From sequence record PX962436.1: a stretch of DNA of 48,115 bases. One strand, 5' to 3'. Position numbers and translations under genes: made by a program. The stretch is from a phage. The notes beneath the pieces were generated by a model, which ran no database searches, had not been told where the DNA came from, and was given only the letters and a program-made list of their open reading frames with translations. This document shows, piece by piece, positions 1 through 14,734 of the stretch. Within the stretch, counting starts at the first letter, position 1. Each line of letters starts with the position of its first letter.

Positions 1-430
1 GCACATCATCAGCGCGCAAGAGGGCAGACCGATAGAATCATTGGTAATGAGCGCCGGATTACGCGCGCTTGAACAACAGGCTGACTGGGTGTTAGTGGAA
101 GGTGCTGGCGGCTGGTTTACGCCGCTTTCTGACACTTTCACTTTTGCAGATTGGGTAACACAGGAACAACTGCCGGTGATACTGGTAGTTGGTGTGAAAC
201 TCGGCTGTATTAATCACGCGATGTTGACTGCGCAGGCAATACAACACGCCGGACTGACTCTGGCGGGTTGGGTGGCGAACGATGTTACGCCTCCGGGAAA
301 ACGTCACGCTGAATATATGACCACGCTCACCCGCATGATTCCCGCGCCGCTGCTGGGAGAGATCCCCTGGCTTGCAGAAAATCCAGAAAATGCGGCAACC
401 GGAAAGTACATAAACCTTGCCTTGTTGTAG
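1..430 (+). CDS. bioD: dethiobiotin synthetase, 3' portion (about 143 codons); the 5' portion lies at 47868..48115
   Basis: Frame-2 translation HIISAQEGRPIESLVMSAGLRALEQQADWVLVEGAGGWFTP...KYINLALL matches the BioD C-terminus; stop at 428-430. Confidence 0.9.
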   Translation, partial: HIISAQEGRPIESLVMSAGLRALEQQADWVLVEGAGGWFTPLSDTFTFADWVTQEQLPVILVVGVKLGCINHAMLTAQAIQHAGLTLAGWVANDVTPPGKRHAEYMTTLTRMIPAPLLGEIPWLAENPENAATGKYINLALL

Positions 431-914
431 CCATTCTGTATTTGGTTAAATTGCGAGCGAGATCGCGTCTTCGATTGACTGCAATTTAACCAATTAAATT
501 CTAAAATAATCACGAAAAAAATTTTACTTCCGCCTCATGCGGCGAATGTGGGAATTGCCCAGGCGGCGGGGGATAGGGGCTGGAGACAGTTATCCACTAT
601 TCCTGTGGATAACCATGTGTATTAGAGTTAGAAAACACGAGGCAAGCGAGAGAATACGCGGCTTGCACGCGAATTGGCGTTAAAGACGGCTCAAAGAAAT
701 ATCTTTTATTTTTTAACTGGTTAGATAAATGCAATGGCAGTCACTGAACAGGCATCTCTTGCCATAAAACTGTCATCACTCATCTTGACAAATGTTAAAA
801 AAGCCGTTGCTTTGGGGATAACCCGGTAAGGCCGGAGTTTTATCTCGCCACAGAGTAAATTTTGCTCATGATTGACAGCGGAGTTTACGCTGTATCAGAA
901 ATATTATGGTGATG

Positions 915-934
915 AACTGTTTTTTTATCCAGTA
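915..934. promoter_or_regulatory. LexA operator (SOS box) in the uvrB promoter region
   Basis: aaCTGTttttttatCCAGta fits the CTGT-N8-ACAG LexA pattern and overlaps a TATAAT -10 hexamer about 75 bp upstream of uvrB. Confidence 0.6.
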
Positions 935-1008
935 TAATTTGTTGGCATAATTAAGTACGACGAGTAAAATTACATACCTGCCCGCCCAACTCCTTCAGGT
1001 AGCGACTC

Positions 1009-3030
<2,022 letters not shown>

Positions 3031-3067
3031 CAGGATAGCGAAGAAGACTGATGACAAACGGAAAACA

Positions 3068-3165
3068 GCCTGATGCGCTACGCTTATCAGGCCTACATTT
3101 TCTCCGCAATATATTGAATTTGCGCGGTTTGTAGGCCGGATAAGGCGTTCACGCCGCATCCGGCA
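3068..3165. repeat. REP/BIME palindromic units downstream of uvrB
   Basis: GCCTGATGCGCTACGCTTATCAGGC and GTAGGCCGGATAAGGCGTTCACGCCGCATCCGGCA are typical REP stem sequences. Confidence 0.6.
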
Positions 3166-3221
3166 TAAACAACGCGCACTTTGTCTTCAATAGGAAGCCG
3201 GAATTTTCCTTCGGATTTCCG

Positions 3222-4190
<969 letters not shown>

Positions 4191-4384
4191 TTAACCTGCC
4201 AATATTGAGGATACAAACTATTTTCTTCTACCTCTAAAGGACGATGCACGCTATGCCTCCCTGATGATGTATATCAAAGTAAAACCGCCATTTTCCCTTA
4301 TTCTGTAGCGAAATAGCACGATCATGACGCTATATACATGATTACATAGCGAAAGTGTGGATGGTAAAAATCTCATTTACACGC

Positions 4385-4520
4385 TAGTATCGGCATAACC
4401 ACTAAACACTCTAGCCTCTGCACCTGGGTCAACTGATACGGTGCTTTGGCCGTGACAATGCTCGTAAAGATTGCCACCAGGGCGAAGGAAGAAATGACTT
4501 CGCCTCCCGTATCTGGAAAG
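4385..4520 (+). ncRNA. probable molybdenum-cofactor (Moco) riboswitch in the moaA leader
   Basis: Structured 5' leader directly upstream of moaA with conserved-looking GCCUCCC and GGAAAGG elements; boundaries approximate. Confidence 0.45.
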
Positions 4521-4526
4521 GTGTAC

Positions 4527-5516
4527 ATGGCTTCACAACTGACTGATGCATTTGCGCGTAAGTTTTACTACTTGCGCCTGTCGATTACCGATGTGTGTAA
4601 CTTTCGTTGCACCTACTGCCTGCCGGATGGGTACAAGCCGAGCGGCGTCACCAATAAAGGCTTTCTAACCGTCGATGAAATTCGCCGGGTTACGCGCGCC
4701 TTCGCCAGTCTGGGCACCGAAAAAGTGCGCCTGACAGGCGGTGAGCCGTCTTTACGCCGCGACTTTACCGATATCATCGCCGCTGTGCGAGAAAATGACG
4801 CTATCCGCCAGATTGCGGTCACCACCAATGGTTACCGTCTGGAACGCGATGTGGCGAACTGGCGCGATGCGGGACTTACTGGCATCAACGTCAGCGTTGA
4901 TAGTCTGGACGCCCGCCAGTTTCACGCTATTACCGGGCAGGATAAATTCAACCAGGTCATGGCAGGGATCGATGCTGCATTTGAGGCCGGTTTTGAGAAG
5001 GTCAAAGTCAATACCGTGCTGATGCGTGATGTGAATCATCATCAGCTCGACACTTTTCTGAACTGGATCCAGCATCGTCCCATCCAGCTGCGTTTCATCG
5101 AACTGATGGAAACGGGCGAGGGCAGCGAGCTCTTCCGTAAGCATCACATCTCTGGTCAGGTTCTGCGTGACGAGTTACTGCGTCGCGGCTGGATCCACCA
5201 ATTACGTCAACGCAGCGACGGCCCCGCGCAAGTCTTTTGTCATCCGGATTACGCCGGAGAGATTGGCCTTATCATGCCGTATGAAAAAGACTTCTGCGCC
5301 ACTTGCAACCGCCTGCGCGTTTCCTCCATTGGTAAACTCCATCTCTGCCTGTTTGGTGAAGGCGGCGTTAACCTGCGCGATCTGCTGGAAGACGATACCC
5401 AGCAACAGGCGCTGGAAGCGCGTATTTCAGCGGCGCTGCGGGAGAAGAAACAGACCCATTTCCTGCATCAAAACAACACCGGTATTACGCAAAACTTATC
5501 GTACATTGGCGGCTAA
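4527..5516 (+). CDS. moaA: GTP 3',8-cyclase MoaA (radical SAM, 329 aa)
   Basis: CNFRCTYC radical-SAM motif; start at MASQLTDAF (the ORF-track start at 4446 is an upstream extension). Confidence 0.9.
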
Positions 5517-5537
5517 AACGTCAAAAGGAGAGATCAG

Positions 5538-6050
5538 ATGAGTCAGGTAAGCACTGAATTTATCCCGACCCGTATTGCTATTCTTACGGTTTCTAATCGT
5601 TGCGGTGAAGAAGACGATACCTCCGGTCACTATCTGCGCGATTCGGCGCAAGAAGCGGGCCATCACGTTGTCGATAAAGCCATTGTGAAAGAAAACCGCT
5701 ACGCTATTCGCGCTCAGGTATCTGCGTGGATCGCCAGCGACGATGTACAAGTGGTGTTGATTACGGGGGGTACTGGCCTGACGGAAGGTGATCAGGCTCC
5801 CGAAGCACTGCTGCCGTTATTCGACCGTGAAGTTGAAGGTTTTGGTGAAGTGTTCCGGATGTTGTCGTTCGAAGAGATTGGCACTTCCACGTTGCAATCT
5901 CGAGCGGTAGCGGGCGTCGCTAACAAAACGCTGATTTTCGCCATGCCGGGTTCGACCAAAGCGTGCCGTACCGCATGGGAAAATATCATCGCGCCGCAGC
6001 TGGATGCCCGTACGCGTCCGTGTAATTTCCATCCACATTTGAAGAAATAA
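5538..6050 (+). CDS. moaB: molybdenum cofactor biosynthesis protein B
   Basis: 170 aa ORF, MogA/MoaB fold sequence, operon position. Confidence 0.9.
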
Positions 6051-6052
6051 GT

Positions 6053-6538
6053 ATGTCGCAACTGACCCATATCAACGCCGCTGGCGAAGCGCACATGGTG
6101 GATGTCTCCGCCAAAGCGGAAACCGTGCGTGAAGCGCGGGCGGAAGCCTTTGTCACCATGCGCAGCGAGACGCTGGCGATGATTATTGATGGTCGCCACC
6201 ACAAAGGCGACGTATTTGCCACTGCGCGTATTGCCGGTATTCAGGCGGCAAAACGCACCTGGGATCTGATCCCGCTGTGTCATCCGCTGATGCTCAGCAA
6301 AGTTGAAGTCAATTTACAGGCCGAGCCGGAGCACAATCGGGTGCGTATAGAAACCTTATGCCGCCTGACCGGGAAAACCGGTGTCGAAATGGAAGCGTTA
6401 ACCGCGGCCTCCGTGGCGGCGCTGACCATTTATGACATGTGCAAAGCGGTGCAAAAAGATATGGTGATTGGTCCGGTACGTTTGCTGGCGAAGAGCGGCG
6501 GCAAGTCAGGTGACTTTAAGGTGGAAGCGGATGATTAA
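6053..6538 (+). CDS. moaC: cyclic pyranopterin monophosphate synthase MoaC
   Basis: 161 aa ORF, operon position. Confidence 0.9.
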
Positions 6539-6776
6539 AGTTCTTTTTTTCGCCCAGGTGCGCGAGTTGGTGGGAACAGATGCAACCGAAGTGGCTGCGG
6601 ATTTCCCAACCGTTGAAGCGTTACGCCAACATCTGGCTGCGCAGAGCGATCGCTGGGCGCTGGCGCTGGAAGATGGCAAATTGCTGGCTGCCGTCAACCA
6701 GACGCTGGTGAGTTTTGACCATCCGCTGACTGACGGCGACGAAGTGGCTTTCTTCCCGCCGGTAACCGGAGGTTAA
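6531..6776 (+). CDS. moaD: molybdopterin synthase sulfur-carrier subunit MoaD (81 aa)
   Basis: Starts [12 protein letters not shown], ends with C-terminal GG; overlaps moaC end. Confidence 0.9.
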
Positions 6777-6777
6777 G

Positions 6778-7230
6778 ATGGCAGAAACCAAAATTGTTGT
6801 CGGCCCGCAGCCATTCAGCGTAGGAGAAGAGTATCCGTGGCTGGCGGAGCGTGATGAAGACGGTGCGGTAGTCACCTTTACCGGTAAGGTGCGCAACCAT
6901 AACCTTGGCGACAGCGTCAAAGCATTAACCCTCGAACACTATCCGGGGATGACTGAAAAAGCACTGGCAGAAATTGTCGATGAAGCGCGTAACCGCTGGC
7001 CGCTGGGGCGCGTCACGGTGATTCACCGCATCGGGGAATTATGGCCGGGCGATGAAATCGTTTTTGTCGGTGTCACCAGTGAGCACCGCAGCAGTGCGTT
7101 TGAAGCCGGGCAGTTTATTATGGATTATCTCAAAACCCGCGCACCGTTCTGGAAGCGCGAAGCCACGCCGGAAGGCGACCGCTGGGTTGAAGCTCGGGAG
7201 AGCGATCAGCAGGCGGCAAAACGCTGGTAG
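6778..7230 (+). CDS. moaE: molybdopterin synthase catalytic subunit MoaE
   Basis: 150 aa ORF, operon position. Confidence 0.9.
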   Translation: MAETKIVVGPQPFSVGEEYPWLAERDEDGAVVTFTGKVRNHNLGDSVKALTLEHYPGMTEKALAEIVDEARNRWPLGRVTVIHRIGELWPGDEIVFVGVTSEHRSSAFEAGQFIMDYLKTRAPFWKREATPEGDRWVEARESDQQAAKRW

Positions 7231-7240
7231 TTTTTTGTTA

Positions 7241-7267
7241 GCCGGATAAGGCACCGCTGCGTCCGGC
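7241..7267. repeat. REP element downstream of moaE
   Basis: GCCGGATAAGGCACCGCTGCGTCCGGC palindromic unit. Confidence 0.45.
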
Positions 7268-7365
7268 AATTTCACCGCTCAGTACATGCGTTTACGCTGC
7301 GTCGATGCACAGCCTCCTCATTTGCAGTATCCTTAAGATATTCCTTATATCTTCAGGAGATCGTC

Positions 7366-8070
7366 ATGGACAGATTCCCACGTTCTGATTCAATCGTACA
7401 ACCCCGGGCTGGCTTGCAAACTTATATGGCGCAAGTCTATGGCTGGATGACCGTTGGCTTGTTGCTGACCGCATTTGTTGCCTGGTATGCGGCTAATTCC
7501 GCGGCCGTGATGGAGCTGTTGTTCACTAACCGTGTCTTTTTAATCGGTCTGATCATCGCGCAATTAGCATTGGTTATTGTGTTATCAGCGATGATTCAAA
7601 AGCTGAGCGCAGGTGTAACGACGATGCTCTTTATGCTTTATTCGGCGCTGACGGGTCTTACGCTTTCCAGTATATTCATTGTCTATACCGCTGCTTCTAT
7701 CGCCAGTACTTTCGTCGTTACTGCCGGGATGTTCGGCGCAATGAGCCTGTACGGTTACACCACGAAGCGCGATTTAAGTGGCTTTGGCAATATGCTGTTT
7801 ATGGCGTTAATCGGCATTGTGCTGGCATCGCTGGTCAACTTCTGGCTGAAAAGCGAAGCGTTGATGTGGGCAGTCACCTACATCGGCGTGATTGTCTTTG
7901 TCGGATTGACGGCGTATGACACCCAGAAACTGAAAAATATGGGTGAGCAGATAGATACCCGCGACACGTCGAACCTGCGCAAATATTCCATTCTTGGCGC
8001 GTTAACCTTGTATCTGGACTTCATCAACCTGTTCCTGATGTTGCTGCGGATCTTCGGCAACCGCCGTTAA
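7366..8070 (+). CDS. ybhL: Bax-inhibitor-1 family inner membrane protein
   Basis: 234 aa polytopic membrane ORF at the K-12 ybhL position. Confidence 0.85.
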   Translation: MDRFPRSDSIVQPRAGLQTYMAQVYGWMTVGLLLTAFVAWYAANSAAVMELLFTNRVFLIGLIIAQLALVIVLSAMIQKLSAGVTTMLFMLYSALTGLTLSSIFIVYTAASIASTFVVTAGMFGAMSLYGYTTKRDLSGFGNMLFMALIGIVLASLVNFWLKSEALMWAVTYIGVIVFVGLTAYDTQKLKNMGEQIDTRDTSNLRKYSILGALTLYLDFINLFLMLLRIFGNRR

Positions 8071-8274
8071 TTCTTTTTCACCATCACTATCCCGGCCATG
8101 TGTCGGGATTTTTTTCTTACTAAAAACGACACTTAACAAGTACCAGGTATAAAATACGCCTTATGGCCGAGCGGAAGTGTTTTCCGTATCCATAAATACA
8201 AAAGTATTTTGTATGCGTGGTTTTAAATTTATTGATGGTGAATATTAATATTTTTTCTAAGGACAACTAAAAGA

Positions 8275-8988
8275 ATGGAATCATACTCGAAAAACAGCAA
8301 TAAATTAGATTTTCAGCACGAGGCCAGGATATTAAACGGTATATGGCTCATTACCGCTTTAGGTTTGGTGGCAACCGCAGGACTGGCCTGGGGAGCTAAG
8401 TATCTCGAAATTACGGCAACCAAATATGATTCACTACCAATGTATGTCGCCATAGGGTTATTATTACTTTGTATGTATGGCTTAAGTAAGGATATCAACA
8501 AGATAAATGCCGCCATCGCAGGCGTAATATATCTGTTTTTACTCTCTTTGGTGGCGATTGTCGTTGCAAGTTTAGTTCCTGTATATGCCATTATCATCGT
8601 GTTTAGCACTGCGGGCGCGATGTTTTTAATCAGTATGCTGGCCGGTTTATTATTTAATGTTGATCCTGGTTCTCACCGTTTTATCATTATGATGACGTTG
8701 ACAGGGTTGGCCCTGGTAATCATCGTGAATGCGGCATTAATGAGTGAACGGCCCATTTGGGTAATAAGTTGCTTAATGATTGTGTTATGGTCAGGCATTA
8801 TCTCGCATGGACGAAATAAGCTCCTTGAACTGGCGGGAAAATGCCATAGTGAAGAGTTATGGAGTCCGGTTCGTTGCGCTTTTATAGGCGCATTAACACT
8901 CTATTACTATTTTATCGGCTTCTTTGGGATACTTGCAGCAATAGCGATAACGCTTGTCTGGCAAAGGCATACGCGGTTTTTTCATTAG
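8275..8988 (+). CDS. ybhM: BI-1-like inner membrane protein
   Basis: 237 aa polytopic membrane ORF at the K-12 ybhM position. Confidence 0.8.
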   Translation: MESYSKNSNKLDFQHEARILNGIWLITALGLVATAGLAWGAKYLEITATKYDSLPMYVAIGLLLLCMYGLSKDINKINAAIAGVIYLFLLSLVAIVVASLVPVYAIIIVFSTAGAMFLISMLAGLLFNVDPGSHRFIIMMTLTGLALVIIVNAALMSERPIWVISCLMIVLWSGIISHGRNKLLELAGKCHSEELWSPVRCAFIGALTLYYYFIGFFGILAAIAITLVWQRHTRFFH

Positions 8989-9023
8989 TCGTAAATGCAC
9001 ATACTAAAGAACTTAACTAAACT

Positions 9024-9980
9024 TCACATCGCCGCTTCATTTTTCGCCCGTAGCTTCTTCGCCTGGCTTTCCAGCAACAGGTAACAGATCAGCGCCAGCA
9101 GCAGTGGGATAAAGTAATACAGCACACGGTAAGCGAGTAGGGCGGCGATAATGCTCCCTTTGGATGTATGCTCCCCAGCCAGTAGCGCGATAAACACCGC
9201 TTCCAGCACACCAATCCCCGCCGGAATATGCACGATGACGCCAGCAATACTACTAACCAGCAACACGCCCAGTACAAAGAAATAGTTCACGCTTTGACCG
9301 AGTAACAGCCAGATTATCGCTCCCATTACCATCCAGTTAACGCTGGAAATCAGCATCTGAGCGAGGGCGAATTTCCATGAAGGCAGCACCAGTTTTTGCC
9401 CTTTGATGGTCATATGGCGGTGCTTCGCGAAAGCGCAAAACCACAAATAAACCGCGATAATCGTCAGTAAGCCAATGCCGAGAATACGCAGCGTAGTTTG
9501 ATCGACATACCAGTGATCCGGCAACTCCACCACGCCTGCGGTAAAGATAATCCCTGCCAGTAAAATATAGCCCAGCCAGTTGGTGGTAATACTGAGCGAG
9601 AAAATCCGCGTAATAGTGCTGCCCGGTAACCCTAGTCGGGAGTACAAACGATAGCGCATACCAATGCCGCCGACCCAGGTACTGAGCGTCAGGTTGAAGG
9701 CGTAGCAGATAAACGACACCAGCATCACCTGGCGCTTCGCCAGTTTGTGACCGCAGTAAAAGCGGGCGAGCAGGTCATAGCAGCCGTAAATCAGATAGCT
9801 GACGACCACCAGCCCGACCGCACTAAGCAGCGCAACGCGATTGTAGTCGCGGATGACCTTCCAGACCTCTTCCCAGTCCACTTTTTTGGCGTAGACCACC
9901 AGCAACACAATCACCGCGATAAACAACAGCCAGGTGAGGATCTTCTTTGCTAAGCGCCAGCGCGGGTGTGATTTACTCAT
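9024..9980 (-). CDS. ybhN: UPF0104 inner membrane protein
   Basis: 318 aa membrane ORF, last gene of the ybhP-clsB-ybhN operon. Confidence 0.85.
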   Translation of the reverse strand: MSKSHPRWRLAKKILTWLLFIAVIVLLVVYAKKVDWEEVWKVIRDYNRVALLSAVGLVVVSYLIYGCYDLLARFYCGHKLAKRQVMLVSFICYAFNLTLSTWVGGIGMRYRLYSRLGLPGSTITRIFSLSITTNWLGYILLAGIIFTAGVVELPDHWYVDQTTLRILGIGLLTIIAVYLWFCAFAKHRHMTIKGQKLVLPSWKFALAQMLISSVNWMVMGAIIWLLLGQSVNYFFVLGVLLVSSIAGVIVHIPAGIGVLEAVFIALLAGEHTSKGSIIAALLAYRVLYYFIPLLLALICYLLLESQAKKLRAKNEAAM

Positions 9981-11221
9981 CAGGGTTTTACCCCCGTGTT
10001 TTCAGTTTCTACCCGATCCTGAGTTTCCATTGTCGGTTGTGCGGGCGGATCAACCTGCGCCAGACGTGGCGTGTGTGCCGGAAGCCAGCCAACCAGCGCC
10101 GGGAAGTGGCGTAAAAAGTGGAACGCCAGCACGCTTTTGGTCAGGTTCCACCAGGTGCGTTTGGGCAGCATGGTTTCATCCACCTGCTGACAATCTGCGG
10201 CGATAATGCCGTTCAGATTATCGCGCAGCGTCTGGTTAAAATTACGATCGTGGATGAAGACATTTGCTTCGAGATTCAGTGACAAACTGAGCGGATCGAG
10301 ATTACTGGACCCTACTGTCGCCCAGTGATCGTCCATCAATGCTACTTTGCCGTGGAGCGGGCGGCGGCGGTACTCAAACACCTGAACGCCGCCTTTAACC
10401 AGATAGTTATACAGCAAGCGCGCGCCGACTCTGACAATCGGCATATCCGGTTCGCCCTGAATGATCAGTTTGATCCGCACCCCGCGGCGTGCCGCTTTAC
10501 GCAAGGCGTGTAAAAATCGATAGCCGGGGAAGAAGTAGGCGTTGGCGATAATGACTTCCCGCCGCGCCTGAGTGAGCATTTTCAGATAGTGGCGTTCTAT
10601 ATCATCGCGGTGTTCTTCGTTATCGCGCCAGACCAGCAATACCTGCGCTTCTCCCGGCTGGCGATTTTCTTCCGCTTTGTGATGACGTCGCCACCAGCGT
10701 CGTGCCGCGCTCTGTCCAGGCAGGTTTTCCAGCTCAAACTGGAGAATATCTTCGACAATCGGCCCTTCAAGGCGTACCGCGTAATCCTGTTTAGCCTCTG
10801 GACCGTAGCTGGACATATGCTCGGCGGAGTAATTCAGCCCGCCAATAAAGGCGATACGCGCGTCGATCACCACAATTTTGCGATGCATCCGGCGAAACAC
10901 ATTGGTGCGCATACCAAAAAGGCGAGGGCGGGGATCGTAGTAGCGAAATACCACGCCAGCTGCCGTCAGTTCATTGACAAACTCATCGCTGAGATCCGGC
11001 GAACCGTAGCCATCCAGCAAGACTTCCGCTTTAACCCCGCGTTGCGCTGCTGCCAGTAGTGCCGCATGCAGCTGTTTGCCGACGTCATCCTCAAACCAGA
11101 TAAACGTTTCAAGAATGATGCGTTCTTGTGCCTCGCCAATCGCCTTAAACACCGCGGGATAATATTGCTCGCCGTTTTCCAGCAACTCGATCTTATTGCC
11201 TTCACGCCAGCTACATTTCAT
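9980..11221 (-). CDS. clsB: cardiolipin synthase B (phospholipase D family)
   Basis: 413 aa ORF with two HxK(x4)D motifs ([17 protein letters not shown]). Confidence 0.9.
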   Translation of the reverse strand: MKCSWREGNKIELLENGEQYYPAVFKAIGEAQERIILETFIWFEDDVGKQLHAALLAAAQRGVKAEVLLDGYGSPDLSDEFVNELTAAGVVFRYYDPRPRLFGMRTNVFRRMHRKIVVIDARIAFIGGLNYSAEHMSSYGPEAKQDYAVRLEGPIVEDILQFELENLPGQSAARRWWRRHHKAEENRQPGEAQVLLVWRDNEEHRDDIERHYLKMLTQARREVIIANAYFFPGYRFLHALRKAARRGVRIKLIIQGEPDMPIVRVGARLLYNYLVKGGVQVFEYRRRPLHGKVALMDDHWATVGSSNLDPLSLSLNLEANVFIHDRNFNQTLRDNLNGIIAADCQQVDETMLPKRTWWNLTKSVLAFHFLRHFPALVGWLPAHTPRLAQVDPPAQPTMETQDRVETENTGVKP

Positions 11222-11979
11222 AAATGAATCTCCGCACTTAAAGGGGCATGATCAGAAAGGTGTCGCCATGTCTGCAGCGGCAACGCGGTTGGCGCGCTGG
11301 CGCTGGCATTTTTGACGTAGATCCTGTCCAGACGTAGTAGAGGAAATTGCACCGGAAACGTGCGCGCCGGGCGTCCGTGGGCGCGGGTAAATATCTCATC
11401 CAGTCCGGCCTGCACTTTTAACGGATGATTAGCTTTTTGCCGCCAGTCATTGAAATCACCCGCCACCAATACCGGTTCGCCGTCCGGTAGCTCATTCACC
11501 CATTCGGCGAGCATCGCAAGCTGCGCCTGACGGTGCGCCTCACGCAGGCCCAGATGTACGCACATCACATGAATCGCTTTTCCGGTCATCGGCGGCACAA
11601 TGCGGCAGTAGAGCACGCCGCGCTTTTCCGCACCATCGACCGAAACATCGCGATTCTCATAATGTTCAATGGGATAACGTGAAAGAACCGCGTTACCGTG
11701 ATGCCCTTCCGGGTATACGGCATTGCGACCGTAGGCAAAATCGCTCCACATGGTGTCGGCGAGAAACTCGTAGTGCGAGGTATCGGGCCAGTTTTCCACA
11801 TGCAGCGGATGAACTTCGTGCGCGCCCATCACTTCCTGCAGGCAAACAATATCGGCGCTGACGGTACGCACGGCATCGCGAAGTTCCGGCAAAATGAAGC
11901 GTCGGTTAAACGCGGTAAAGCCTTTGTGAATGTTGATGGTGAGCACCTTGAACGAAAATTGTTGTGTTTGATCGGGCAT
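11218..11979 (-). CDS. ybhP: endonuclease/exonuclease/phosphatase family protein
   Basis: 253 aa ORF, EEP-fold sequence, operon position. Confidence 0.85.
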   Translation of the reverse strand: MPDQTQQFSFKVLTINIHKGFTAFNRRFILPELRDAVRTVSADIVCLQEVMGAHEVHPLHVENWPDTSHYEFLADTMWSDFAYGRNAVYPEGHHGNAVLSRYPIEHYENRDVSVDGAEKRGVLYCRIVPPMTGKAIHVMCVHLGLREAHRQAQLAMLAEWVNELPDGEPVLVAGDFNDWRQKANHPLKVQAGLDEIFTRAHGRPARTFPVQFPLLRLDRIYVKNASASAPTALPLQTWRHLSDHAPLSAEIHL

Positions 11980-12111
11980 AATTTTCCTGTCTTTGCCTCT
12001 TATCTCATTGAAATAGTGTAGTCGGCGTCACAAAAAGGTGCGGTCTTACGGAATTTTCCGTAAAGTTCGGTACTCTGAGTAAGTAGAGATAAATTCTTCA
12101 GGAGAGAAGCC

Positions 12112-12522
12112 ATGAAGTGGCAACAACGTGTTCGTGTCGCAACGGGTCTAAGTTGCTGGCAGATTATGTTGCATTTACTGGTAGTGGCGCTGCTGGTGGT
12201 GGGCTGGATGAGTAAGACTCTGGTTCACGTCGGCGTGGGATTATGCGCACTGTATTGTGTCACGGTAGTGATGATGCTGGTGTTTCAGCGCCACCCCGAG
12301 CAACGCTGGCGTGAGGTGGCAGACGTGCTGGAAGAGCTGACCACGACCTGGTATTTTGGCGCAGCGCTGATTGTGCTGTGGCTGTTGTCCCGCGTTCTGG
12401 AAAACAACTTTTTGCTGGCAATTGCAGGGCTGGCAATCCTTGCCGGCCCGGCGGTAGTGTCTTTGCTGGCGAAAGATAAGAAGTTACATCACCTTACGTC
12501 TAAACATCGCGTACGCCGCTGA
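12112..12522 (+). CDS. ybhQ: inner membrane protein
   Basis: 136 aa hydrophobic ORF at the K-12 ybhQ position. Confidence 0.8.
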
Positions 12523-13590
12523 CCCTGTCGTGGCCGTTATCACCAGTAGCGGCCACAAACTATTCCACACAATATCCAGACTCGCATCCTTCAAATAAAT
12601 CTGCTTGGTAATGTCCGTAAAGTGGCGAATAGGGTTAATCCACGTCAGGTTTTGCAGCCAAACTGGCATGTTTTCCACCGGCGAAACGTAACCGGAAAGG
12701 AGAATGGCGGGCATCATAAAGACAAACACGCCGATAAACGCCTGCTGTTGTGTCGAGCAGAGTGATGAAATCAACAGACCGAATCCCACCAGCGATAAAC
12801 CGTAAATCACCATCGTAAAGTAGAACAGCGCCAGCGATCCGGCGAAGGGGATTTGATACGCCCAGATACCAATCGCCAGCACAATGGTGGCCTGGAAGGT
12901 GGCGACAATTAACGCCGGTACGGCTTTGCCGATGAAGATCTGCCAGGTGGTGAGCGGCGAAACCAGTAGCTGATCGAGCGTACCTTGTTCACGTTCGCGG
13001 GCGACGGAAAGTGAAGTGACGATCATTACGCCGATAGTGGTGATCATGGCGATCAGCGACGGCACCACAAACCATTTGTAGTCGAGATTCGGGTTATACC
13101 AGTTGCGTACTACCAGCTCGCTGTTGTTAGGTTTCGGTTTTCCTTCCAGCAGCTCCTGCTGATAATTTTTGACGATCTGTTGCAGGTAGTTGGCGGCAAT
13201 TTGCGCACTGTTGGAGTTACGCCCGTCGAGGATCAACTGCAACGGCGCGGTCTGGAAGGTATCCAGTTTGCGCGAGAAGTCAGCCGGGAAACGCACCAGG
13301 AGTAACGCCTTTTGTGTGTCGATGGTCGGGCGGATCTCCTGTGGGCTTTTCAGCAGCAGCACATGTGTAAAGGCGCTGGCGCGGGCAAAACGTTGAGTAA
13401 GTTCCACCGAATGCTCGCCGTTATCTTCATCGTAGATGGCGATGGTGGCGTTAGTCACTTCCAGCGTGGCGGCGAACGGGAACAGGATCACCTGAATTAG
13501 CACGGGTAAAATCAGAATCGCGCGGGTTTGTGGTTCGCGCAGCAACGACTGCAACTCTTTGCGGATTAACGTCCATAAGCGATGAAACAT
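12484..13590 (-). CDS. ybhR: ABC-2 type transporter permease
   Basis: 368 aa polytopic ORF, ybhFSR operon. Confidence 0.85.
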
Positions 13591-13600
13591 GCTCTTCTCC

Positions 13601-14734
13601 CTAATCCAGCCGACGTTTGGTTTTCAGCCACGTCAGGCCGATAAACATCACCGCCGAAGCGATCAAAAACAGCACGTTTACCACCAGCACCACTGGAATA
13701 TTCCCGGCGAGGAACAGGCTTTGCAGGGTGCTGACGAAATAACGAGCGGGAATAATGTACGTCACCGCGCGGATCACCGCGGGCATACTGTCGATCTGAA
13801 AAATAAAGCCGGAAAGCATAATCGACGGCAGAAAAGCCGCGTTCAGAGCGACCTGAGCGGCATTGAACTGGTTGCGGGTTATCGTGGAAATCAGCAGCCC
13901 CATCCCCAGGGTACTGAGTAAAAACAGGCTGGAGATAAAAAACAGAATCAGCAGCGACCCGCGATACGGCACGCCGAGAATAAACACTGACACCAGCATA
14001 CACAGCAACATCGCCAGCATCCCGAGAAAGTAATAAGGGATCAGCTTACACAGCAGCAGTTCCGTGCGGGTAATCTCCGTAGAGAGCAGAGCCTCCATGG
14101 TGCCGCGTTCCCATTCTCGCGCCACCACCAGCGAGGTGAGAATCGCGCCGATGACCGTCATGATGATGGTCACCGCACCCGGGATAATAAAGTGCTGGCT
14201 TATCGCCGCCGGGTTAAACCAGTAGCGGGTTTGTACATCAATAAGCGGTTCAAAAGTCTGCCCGTTGTCCTCCGCTCGCTGCATTTGCCAGATCTGCCAG
14301 ATCCCTTCGACATACCCCTGCACAAAGTTAGCGGTATTCGGCTCACTGCCGTCGGTGATCACCTGAATCGGTGCGGTGGCGTTGGCGCGCTCCATCTGTT
14401 CCGCAAAATCCACCGGAATAACCACCAGACCGCGAATTTTCCCCGCCTGCATTTTGGCGATCAGTTCCTGACGGTTATCGCTGATGGTGGCGTCGATGTA
14501 GGGCGAACCGGTCATGGTGTGGGTGAAATCCAGCGCCGCTTCGCTACGCTGTTCCAGTAAAATCCCGACCCGCAGCTTGCTGGAGTCGAGGTTAATGCCG
14601 TAACCAAAAATAAACAGCAGTAGCAGCGGGATCACTACCGCAATCAGCCAGCTACTCGGATCGCGAACGATCTGCCGCGTCTCTTTAACGCACAGCGCCC
14701 GTACGCGACGCCAGGACAGGATCGGGTTACTCAT
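13601..14734 (-). CDS. ybhS: ABC-2 type transporter permease
   Basis: 377 aa polytopic ORF, ybhFSR operon. Confidence 0.85.

Noticed and set aside
4446-4526. Upstream extension of moaA
   Set aside because: Overlaps the riboswitch leader; the recognised MoaA protein starts at MASQLTDAF.
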